A DNA stretch of 20,000 nucleotides from Raillietiella orientalis (Eukaryota). The position numbers were made by a program, and so were the translations under genes. The stretch is taken from contig JAYWIR010000057.1 of NCBI GenBank assembly GCA_036172245.1, positions 797,681-817,680 on the forward strand, given 5' to 3'. The notes beneath the pieces are model-generated. The model ran no database searches and had not been told where the DNA came from. It saw nothing but the letters and a program-made list of their open reading frames with translations. Positions 10,585-18,646 of the stretch are shown here, piece after piece (position 1 is the first letter of the stretch; each line of letters starts with the position of its first letter).

Positions 10585-10614
10585 TTATCACCCGGTCACG
10601 CCGGGGCGTTTATT
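10585..10614 (-). repeat. Conserved LINE 3' terminal motif, copy 3 (Y)
   Basis: AATAAACGC CCCGG CGTGA CCGGG TGATAA. Confidence 0.9.
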
Positions 10615-11460
10615 AATAATAAACTGGTCAGGGACAATGTCTCGAACCAACGACAGAACGACAGGGAACATAGACAAATTACCGGCACGCAGGCCTGGTA
10701 AACAAACCGCTCGCAACGTGGAAGGAACGAGGGGAAAACAAAAAAAAATCAAAAACTGGAGGGAAGGGTAACGGGTTTTTGGTTAGGCTCCGTACTCACG
10801 GGGATTTAAACGATGAGCACCTGAAATGTTCCGGAGCCTATGGGGACGCGGGTGTAAAAGGAAAATACAAAATTAGTTTATGGAGGGTAGGGCAATGATC
10901 ACCGGGTTGGCCGCTGCTGAGCGTGTGTAAACCGGCGGTGTGTTGCGGCGAGATTCCTTTTTGACTCCTCTGTCAAATGAGGCCATCTAGCGGATGCACC
11001 CATGTAAAAGGATGCTTTACTGATTACCTCTTGGTGCTGTCCGTTGATTACCAACGCCTGGCGGACGGAAACTATCGCGCGTATGCAACCGATGGTTGCA
11101 ATCCTTGCGCTTAGGGACAGCCGCTCGGCGTGAAGAATCGTCGCAGCAAGTCTCTTGCGGTGTCCACGGGATGCAATAGTGCTGTTGACAGCCTACGCCA
11201 TAGTCCTTGTAGGACACCGCAGTCCAGAAGTAGGTGCGGGATCGACTCCGTCGACCCGCACGGAACGCAGTTGGCAGATGCAAGTCCCCCGGAGTCTCGA
11301 TGCCAACGCTCGTTACACTGAAAACCCCAGTGAACGAAAAGCAGCACAGCTTGTTTCCAAGCAAGGGGGAGCAGCGAACTGTCAACACACTGTGGAGGGA
11401 CTACAAGTTCTTCGGGGATGACAGCAAGTTCTTCTGCCCACCGGAGGAGTCCCTTTAAGT
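10585..11460 (-). mobile_element. LINE segment Y (subfamily 1-like): ORF2 C-terminus and 3' UTR
   Basis: KGLLRWAEEL...LPLAWKQ...HWGFQC...CVPC...HLLLDC, similar to the S tail. Premature stop at 11111. 3' motif at 10585-10614. Confidence 0.9.
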
Positions 11461-11570
11461 ACAACGAGGAGTGGCGGCGTCCGCCAAATCACTCGTCTTC
11501 CAGGCGCCAAGGAGTTTTCTCGCGAGTGTTTTCAGGGTTTTTAGGTGTGAGCGGTTGTTCCTGGGCAGAG

Positions 11571-14500
11571 TTGCCCGAGGACGCCGCAAAGACGGCGGTG
11601 GGGGGCGAGCGCGCCTCGTCCCCCCAGCCCATGGATGTGGGGGCGTTCTCCCCCACGGAATCGTCCCCCGGCCCGGCGAGGGCTTGGAGCGCGGTGGTGG
11701 CGGCGCCTGCGCCGCCCCCCGCAGAGGAACAGCGGGCGTATATGGCCGACGGCTACAACCCGGCCCTACTTTATAAGGTAGGTGGCCTATACTCCCCCGC
11801 GGTCTTGCGGTCCTTCGCCGCGGAGTTTAAAAAGCTAAAAGTCCCGGAGGAAGAAGTCCTCGGGCTTTCGGTTAGAAGTGGCGGGCAGCTTGTTGAGCTG
11901 AACTGCAAGTCTGCAGGGATGGCTCAGCAGCTGCTCCGCCTGCCGGTGACCGTGAACGGTCGAAGAATCTTCCCGTTCACGGCGCACAATTCCATCGTTG
12001 TCCATCTCACCGGAATTACCATGCGAATGGCAAAGACCGCCGTTCGCGAGAGTCTGGAAAAGTTCGGGACGGTCCACGCGTTGTGGGCAAAACCCAATGT
12101 CCTGGGTTACACCAGGGCATTCAGTGGTTACACCGCTGCCCGCGTGACCGTCCGAGCCGAGGGTGGGCTACCCCACAGACTGCAGGTCGGGGAGGAGGAG
12201 ATCGACCTGTGGTATGTGGGGAAACCCGTTTACTGCGGCTTTTGCCAGGTGTCGGGGCACCTGAAGAAAAAGTGCCCCAACATCGTGTGCTTAGGCTGCG
12301 GTGGGAAGGGGCACATCAGGCGGATGTGCCCCAACAGGAAAAGGTCCGGTCCCGTTGGCGCAAGGAAGGAAGAGACGCCGAGGGAAGAGGACAAGGGCCA
12401 GGAAATGGCCGAATCCCGCCCGGCCAACCAACCCGATGCTCAGCCATCCTGCAGCACAGAACCTGCTGGAGAGAACGCCGAGAACGAGGAAGGTTGGCAA
12501 AAGGTAGGGAAGAAAAAGCCCCAGAAGAAGGAGGCAAAAAAGGTAAACAAGGCGGCGCCGAAAAAGCAGAAACCGGTCGTCCGCGCTTGTACGGTGAAAA
12601 TCGAACGCATCTCGATCTCCAGAGCCGTAAAGAAAGTAACGGTAAAGGCGATCGATACCGTCGATCCTGAGCCGGTTGTGCCCGCAGTGACGTCACCTGA
12701 GTGCCATTTCGCGCAGTGCCTACTGCCGGATGGTGCTCCTGCGCTCGGGGAGGAAGTTTGTTCCAGATTGTCAGGACCCTTTACGATCACAGAGATCATC
12801 TCCGCCATCAGTAAATTAAAAGCAAGGAAGGCACCAGGGGAGGACGGCCTGCCCGCGGAGTTTTACAAATACTTCGCGCCAGAGCTGCCCCCCCTGGTGC
12901 TCAGGTTAAGTCAGCTGATCCGCGAACACGACGAAGTTCCCGCCTCGTTCCGGTCAGCAAAAGTACGTCTCCTGCCGAAGTCAGGAGACCTACGCAACAT
13001 TGGCAACTGGCGTCCCATCACAGTAGTGAATGCGGACGCAAAGTTGTATGCCAAGTTGTGGGCTGAGCGTTTGGGGCGAGTGGCCGCTTCCGTGGTGAGT
13101 CCCGAGCAGACCTACGCTGTTCCCGGACGAACCATGGAGGCCAACCTGCTCCTCGCCAGCTCATGGTGGCAGTTGCGACAACGCGTTGCTCAGGATGGTC
13201 AAGGAAGCCTCGCGCTCCCCTCTGACCAAGAAGATCGGATAGAGGGTGGGATGGACTCGGCGGGAGCCCTTGCCGTCGCGGTCGATTTGCACAAAGCATT
13301 CGACTGCGTCGACCAGGATCTCCTTCTGGAGCTCCTGGAACGCATGGGCTTCCCGGCCGTGCTCCAGTCCTACCTGCGCTCCTGCTGGCGCAACGCGTCT
13401 ATTAATATTTGTTTCAGCGGCCGGTACGTGTACGGCGTGCCAGTGCGCCGCGGCATACGGCAGGGTGACAGCCTGAGCCTCTTGCTCTTCAGCATCTACT
13501 TCGAGTTGGTGCTGAAGGCTTACAGGGTAACTCTGGCAACCCTGCCGAGCTCGTGTGCCGGCACGCCTGCCGTGTCGGCCTATGCAGACGATCTTCTGCT
13601 GCTGCTTCCCGGGTCCACCCCGGCGAGTGCGCTCGAGGAATTCTTCGAGTTGCTGCGCCGCGGGACGGGCCTGGAGGTGAACAGGGCGAAGTCGTCCATG
13701 GCTTGTGTTGGCTCGGCGTGGGCTGGACGGTCGGACTGGATCCGCTTGGGGATCCCCACGGGCAGGTGCTTCAAGTACCTTGGCGTTCCGTTGGGTGACA
13801 TCTGCGCAGCAGAAGCCTGGTCCGACCGTCTCCAAAAGGCAGCGTTGGCGATCGGTCCGTTCCAAGAAAGCAAGTTCTACTTGCAGGAACGGGCCGCGGT
13901 GTGGAACGCGTTCGCGGCCCCCCTCCTTCGCCCCCTACTTTTTGTGTGCCCCGCCCCTTATTTTGTCCGAAAAAGAGCAGCGGGCCTCCTGAGGACAGTC
14001 CTTTGGGGCAAAGGGAGGTCCCGTGTGAGACTCAAAGACTTGTGCGCTCCACGTAAGGACGGTGGACTTGGCCTACTTACGCTGGAGCGCATGGAAGTAC
14101 AATTACAGTTCAGAACGCTCGCCCTTGCAGCGGAACTGTGGGACACGCCCTGGTGCGTTCCAGCACGCCTTCTGGCCCAACGTGCCTCTGGATATGGCGG
14201 ACTCTCGTCGTTTCTCTGGGCTTGCGACCGCAGACAAGCGCATTGCGGCTTTCACCTGCGTCGCATGGCCGTTGTGGCTCGGAAGAACGCATGGATCTCC
14301 TGCCTTCCTGGGAACCACTCGGCATGGCTGCACGAGTCAGTCTCCTCTTGGGAAAAGATCCACGTACCGGCAGGTACAAAGAACACTTGCCTGAAAAGGC
14401 ACGCCCGCTGGACGCTGCAGGAAATCGTGCAATCCCACGATCAGTTTCTGTGGGCCTTTATAACCCCCCTTGCTCCAGTGCTGCCCTTTTTAGTAAACGC

Positions 14501-15152
14501 CAGGAACAGCAGAGAGCAGGGAAAATGGACAGTGTCCTGCACCATAGATGGTAGGACACGAAAGATCGAGGCGTGGACATCTCGGCAGCTTACGGACGCT
14601 GCGACGCCGAGTGTCCCGCCTAACTTAATTCGACGCTGGGGCGAGCTACTCGGACTATCTCCGGAGGAGATGAAGTGGCCCCCAGCGTCCTGGAACAGTG
14701 TATCCCTCCCCTTGAAATGGCAGGAGGTGGCGTTGCTGGTTTTACACTGGGGTCTACCCTACAAAGCATGCCTCTCTCACTGCACACGGGGGGCTGTGGA
14801 TGCCAATTGCGACCGGTGCGGAGAAAAAGAGACATTTCCCCACCTTCTTATTGAGTGCAATGCTCTCCACCCTCTCTGGGATCGGCTTGCAACGATCCTA
14901 AACATTCGCGGAGGTGGCCCTAAAGAAATTTTTAGGCGCCTCTTCTTGCATGACGCCTTGTCCCCACCGGCCTCAGTAGCAGTTCTTTGCTGCATCAGAG
15001 GGGTCGTGGCGGCTTGGAACGCCACAAGAAGAAGGCGCCAAGTTAGCGGCAATGCTACATATTGGACCCGCCTCTTTGTGAGGAACATTTGCAGGTGGCG
15101 ACACCTGGTTGAACGACGGACGCAGCTTGTGAAGATCCTGAACAGGATCTAG
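11571..15152 (+). CDS. Uninterrupted chimeric ORF: Z ORF1 N-part (2x CCHC) fused in frame to W reverse transcriptase and zinc finger; no endonuclease
   Basis: The 1244-codon open frame (11418-15152) contains CGFCQVSGHLKKKC, CLGCGGKGHIRRMC, KAPGEDGLPAEFY, DLHKAFD, YADD (13581) and CDRC...HLLIEC. Start uncertain: TTG 11571 (aligns to the U ATG) or ATG 11631. Confidence 0.8.
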   Translation: MPEDAAKTAVGGERASSPQPMDVGAFSPTESSPGPARAWSAVVAAPAPPPAEEQRAYMADGYNPALLYKVGGLYSPAVLRSFAAEFKKLKVPEEEVLGLSVRSGGQLVELNCKSAGMAQQLLRLPVTVNGRRIFPFTAHNSIVVHLTGITMRMAKTAVRESLEKFGTVHALWAKPNVLGYTRAFSGYTAARVTVRAEGGLPHRLQVGEEEIDLWYVGKPVYCGFCQVSGHLKKKCPNIVCLGCGGKGHIRRMCPNRKRSGPVGARKEETPREEDKGQEMAESRPANQPDAQPSCSTEPAGENAENEEGWQKVGKKKPQKKEAKKVNKAAPKKQKPVVRACTVKIERISISRAVKKVTVKAIDTVDPEPVVPAVTSPECHFAQCLLPDGAPALGEEVCSRLSGPFTITEIISAISKLKARKAPGEDGLPAEFYKYFAPELPPLVLRLSQLIREHDEVPASFRSAKVRLLPKSGDLRNIGNWRPITVVNADAKLYAKLWAERLGRVAASVVSPEQTYAVPGRTMEANLLLASSWWQLRQRVAQDGQGSLALPSDQEDRIEGGMDSAGALAVAVDLHKAFDCVDQDLLLELLERMGFPAVLQSYLRSCWRNASINICFSGRYVYGVPVRRGIRQGDSLSLLLFSIYFELVLKAYRVTLATLPSSCAGTPAVSAYADDLLLLLPGSTPASALEEFFELLRRGTGLEVNRAKSSMACVGSAWAGRSDWIRLGIPTGRCFKYLGVPLGDICAAEAWSDRLQKAALAIGPFQESKFYLQERAAVWNAFAAPLLRPLLFVCPAPYFVRKRAAGLLRTVLWGKGRSRVRLKDLCAPRKDGGLGLLTLERMEVQLQFRTLALAAELWDTPWCVPARLLAQRASGYGGLSSFLWACDRRQAHCGFHLRRMAVVARKNAWISCLPGNHSAWLHESVSSWEKIHVPAGTKNTCLKRHARWTLQEIVQSHDQFLWAFITPLAPVLPFLVNARNSREQGKWTVSCTIDGRTRKIEAWTSRQLTDAATPSVPPNLIRRWGELLGLSPEEMKWPPASWNSVSLPLKWQEVALLVLHWGLPYKACLSHCTRGAVDANCDRCGEKETFPHLLIECNALHPLWDRLATILNIRGGGPKEIFRRLFLHDALSPPASVAVLCCIRGVVAAWNATRRRRQVSGNATYWTRLFVRNICRWRHLVERRTQLVKILNRI
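12683..12697 (+). repeat. Target-site duplication of W, left copy
   Basis: CGCAGTGACGTCACC, identical to 15404-15418. Confidence 0.93.
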
Positions 15153-15403
15153 AGGACCTTTCGGCGCGCAATGTGATTCCCCTCCCGCCCCCCCCTATCC
15201 CCCAAACATAAGTGTCCTCCCCAATTTTTACATTTTCTTTTTTGCTTTGTTTTTTATTCCCGTTGCCGCGCGCTTGAAGGACCTCGCCGGTTGAGAACCG
15301 GCAAGAAGCAGGCTGCCTTGTGGTGAACCATCAGGCTCTCCACACGAAAATAACATGTATTTTTATTTTTTCAAATAAACGCCCCGGCATATCCGGGTGA
15401 AAG
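12698..15403 (+). mobile_element. LINE segment W (subfamily 3): 5'-truncated, TSD-flanked insertion with intact RT
   Basis: Begins at PECHFAQCLLPDGAPA (compare X PERDASRLLLPDGAPA). Stop at 15152, C/T-rich 3' UTR, terminal motif at 15374-15402, flanked by a 15-bp direct repeat. Confidence 0.93.
15374..15402 (+). repeat. Conserved LINE 3' terminal motif, copy 4 (W)
   Basis: AATAAACGC CCCGG CATAT CCGGG TGAAA, followed by G and the TSD. Confidence 0.9.
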
Positions 15404-15418
15404 CGCAGTGACGTCACC
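15404..15418 (+). repeat. Target-site duplication of W, right copy
   Basis: CGCAGTGACGTCACC. ORF1 resumes here (AVTSPSADD...FAQAAEELAA, matching U FARAAEELAA). Confidence 0.93.
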
Positions 15419-15965
15419 ATCAGCTGACGACAATGCCGTGCCGGCATTGCCAGCGAAGGACGTCTGCGCGCCGATCGATGAAGCCGCCCCTGTCGCGCCT
15501 GCGCAAAGCGTCGGTGCGGAAAGCGAGGAGGCGGCGCGTATAACGGACGCGACCTTCGCGCAGGCCGCGGAAGAGCTGGCAGCCATGTTACGGCAGCCTG
15601 CCAAGGACGAGAAGAAGGCCTTGAGACGACCGGCAACGGTGAAGGGCCCTTGAAAATTCCGAGTCCGAAACCGAAGCCGGTTGTTCTACTTCCGAAGCCG
15701 TGCCTAAGAGGAAGGCTGGCAAGAAGACCGGTTGCCCGAGACGAGTCATCCCTCAGGTGGAGGAGGCCATGTCCTCGGGCACGGAGGAGGAGGCAATGTG
15801 CGTCGCGCCACGCGGCCCCACTCCGATCCGTGTCTCGGAAGCCAGCCCCATGGAAGTCGCTGTGGACGACGTGCTCCCGTGTGAGCAGCCGACCGTCGTC
15901 ACGGCCGCCAACGAGACGCCTCCCGCAAGGAAGGAGGCCGCCTCCACCCCACAATAAACACACCA

Positions 15966-16822
15966 ATGCGTGGGCTCGGCTCCTGCCGCCGCTTGCGCAT
16001 CATGTGTTGGAACGTCAACGGGTTGCGCGACGACGGTAAGAGGCGAGACGTAGCCGCCATACTGCGAGACTTTGACCTGGTGCTCCTGCAAGAGACGCAC
16101 GTTCTCAAAGCAGAAGAAGTCCAGGAAATCGAAAGAATCGCGGGAGGGCGGCTACTGCGGAGTGACCTTTATGCTTAAGCCAGCCGTCGACAACGCACTG
16201 CGCAGCGTCAGGTTCGACGAGGACGGTCGAGTTGGGCAGCTTGCGTTCAAGTGGTCCGACTCGATCGTTTTCGTGGTGACGAACCTGTACGCTCCGGTGA
16301 GCAGCCACAGGGCCGAGGAACGCACTGCGTTCTTCGAATCCCTGCGGCGAGACTGGTTGGCTGAAGCAAGCGTACGGCGGGCGCACCTCATCGCGGGCGA
16401 CTTCAATCTCCGCCTGCTGGCAGGTGCGCCCAGCAGTCAAGCACGACTGGTCAACGAGTTGTGCGCAGCCATCAACGCGCGCAACTTGTTGGCCGGTGAT
16501 GCCGGGAGAGATCGGAACATCGACCACATGTTCCTCGACAACCACCTGTGCACGCGGGTGGGAACTCGAGGAACGCTCCCGGCACAGCTGTCCGACCATC
16601 CACGGCTCGTGCTCGAGATACATCCACGCGACAAGGGCCCTCCCCTGAAAACGTGGCGCCTGCCAGGGGACTGGTTGCGCCTCGCAGGAGCGGCGGAACA
16701 TCTGCGCGCATTCCTGCGAGGATTCCATCTTGAGACGCTCGCGGACTGGGACGAAATGAAGTGCTCAGTCCGCGAGTTTTGCGACCAGTTTCCCCTGGAA
16801 CGTCTTCCGGCGGGCTTCGGCG
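15966..16822 (+). pseudogene. AP endonuclease domain of Z ORF2
   Basis: WNVNGL, LQETH, NLYAP, AGDFN, IDH, SDH. Frameshift near 16150. Homology ends at LPAGFGV. Confidence 0.93.
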
Positions 16823-16853
16823 TTATCACCCGGGTACGCCCGGGGCGTTTATT
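16823..16853 (-). repeat. Conserved LINE 3' terminal motif, copy 5 (V)
   Basis: AATAAACGC CCCGGG CGTA CCCGGG TGATAA. Confidence 0.9.
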
Positions 16854-18646
16854 AATAAACTCTACATGCGTGGTACAAGGCCCCACCACGGCCGTAAACA
16901 CAGGACCTGTCGGGACACCGGGACGCAGCCCGGCGTGGCACTCCCCGACAGCGAAAGGGGATGAGGGGAAAAACAAAAAGAAAAAAGAAAGAAATAAAAA
17001 AAACAAAAAGAGTTTGGAGGGCAGGGTAGGGATCACTGGTCGCTGTGAGGAGGGCCCATCCTTCCAAGAAAGCCCTCGAGGTCTCTCCGCATATCTCCCA
17101 GCTGGGGCCATCCGGCAGCTCTCCGCAAGAAGCGTTGGGCGTATGGGATGACATCCCTCGCCTGTGGACCCACTCCTTCGTTGTTGGCGTCGCTCCATGC
17201 CGCCACGATGCCACGGACACAGCACAAGGCTGCGATGGCTGCGGCTGGCTGCAGTGCGTCCTTCACGAAGAGGGGCCGAAGAACGTCTCTGGGGGTGCTG
17301 CCCGTAGGGAGCCCGAGGATCGTCCCGAACCGTTCCCAAAGGGGTCGGAGGGCAGCACAATCCACAATAAGGTGGGGAAGCGACTCCCGCTCCCCGCACC
17401 TGGCACACGCAGGATCCACAGCTCCCCTCGTCCAGTGGAAGCGGCGCGCGTTGCAGGGTAGACCCCAGTGCAACAGGAGCAACGCCGACTCTTGCCACTT
17501 GAGGGGCAGGATCCTGGATTCCTTCATCACCGGGGGCCACTTCAGCTCATCCCTGGGGATGGCGAGCAGCTTGCCCCATCTTAATAACCCTCGCGGCTGG
17601 ACGCTCGGGGTCGTGGCGTCGGCCAGTTCTCCTGTTGTCCAGCCGCTAATCAACTTCTCGCGTCCCTCGATGCAGCAGGAGACTTGCCACCTCGGCGTCC
17701 GACTGCTGTGAAGTGCCCTCCTCAGGAAGGGCAGCGCCGTAGCTAGGCAGGTCGTCTCTGCCCACGTGCATCTTGCTGGACTCTCCAGGAGATTCCGCAG
17801 CGTGCAGCGGACGTAGGGGCTGCATCGGAGACGATTCCACGTTTCGTGGCTCCTCTGGTTAACCGCTGCCCACGTTCCAATATTCTCCTCCAGCCAGGCG
17901 GGGGAGTTGGCGGGGCAGCAAACCATCCAGCTGTTCTCCTTGGCCAATGTTGCCATGCGCCCGAGCAGTAGGCCGCATCTTCGCATCTTCCGGCCACGGC
18001 TCAGAAGAAAAGACGCGAGTCCATCGCACCGGGACACACGGCTGGCCAGGAGGCGGGCCGGAGTGCACCAAGGGGTGCTCCACATCTTCGCTGCGATGGC
18101 GAGGGTTCGCCACCGCAGCTGCTTCTCCACGCGCTCCAGCGTCAGGAGGCCAAGACCGCTGTCCCGACGCGGAGCGCACAAGTCCTTCAGAAGGACTCGG
18201 CCCCCCCCCTTGCCCCAAAGGGCGATACGGAGGAGGTCCTTTGTCCTCTTCTTCGATTCCACGGTGGGGGGGCAAACAAAAAGCAAGGGGCGGAGGATGG
18301 GGGCCGCGAAGGCGTTCCAAGCCGCGGCCCGTTCCGGCAAGTGAAACTTGCCTTCCAGGAACGGGCCGATCGCCGTCTCGACTTTTTGGAGGCAGCTGGA
18401 CCACGCTTCCGCAGGGGAGTAGTCCCCCAACGGCACACCAAGGTACTTGAAGCACCTCGCCGTGGGGATCCTCAGACGGACCCAGTCCTGCTGCCCTGCC
18501 CACGCCGCACCTATTGGCACAACCGACGACTTCGCCCTGTTAACCTGCAGTCCGGTCCCGCGGCTGAGCAGATCGAAGAAGTCTCCGACCGCCTTTGCCG
18601 GGGTGGACATTGGCAACAAGAGCAGAAGATCGTCGGCGTACGCTGC
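16823..18646 (-). mobile_element. LINE segment V (subfamily 2): ORF2 from YADD to the 3' end
   Basis: Open frame from AAYADD to the stop at 17033, with KYLGV and CARC...HLIVDC. Tail GRMGPPHSDQ resembles X RRMGPPPSGQ. 3' motif at 16823-16853. Confidence 0.93.

Larger units (their letters stand above)
11461..16822 (+). mobile_element. LINE segment Z: 5' UTR, ORF1 (split by insertion W) and ORF2 endonuclease
   Basis: ORF1 runs from about 11571 to 12697 with two CX2CX4HX4C knuckles at about 12234-12330, and resumes at 15419-15957. ORF2 starts at ATG 15966. Confidence 0.92.

Noticed and set aside
11418..15152. The 1244-aa ORF as a native single-ORF element (R2/NeSL, Penelope or LTR gag-pol)
   Set aside because: The TSD and the resumption of ORF1 at 15419 show it is a chimera. 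No RLE, GIY-YIG, protease, RNase H, integrase or LTRs are visible.
4345..16853. The recurring ~30-bp hairpin motif as a CRISPR-like repeat or attC-like site
   Set aside because: Spacing is kilobases and irregular, one copy is inverted, each copy follows a LINE ORF2 stop and 3' UTR, and there are no cas or integrase genes in this eukaryotic context.
16437..18503. Long alternative-frame and antisense ORFs (e.g. 16437-17540, 17859-18503, also 7490-8209 and 13161-13865)
   Set aside because: Shadow ORFs of GC-rich LINE coding sequence with no recognisable motifs. Some cross element junctions.
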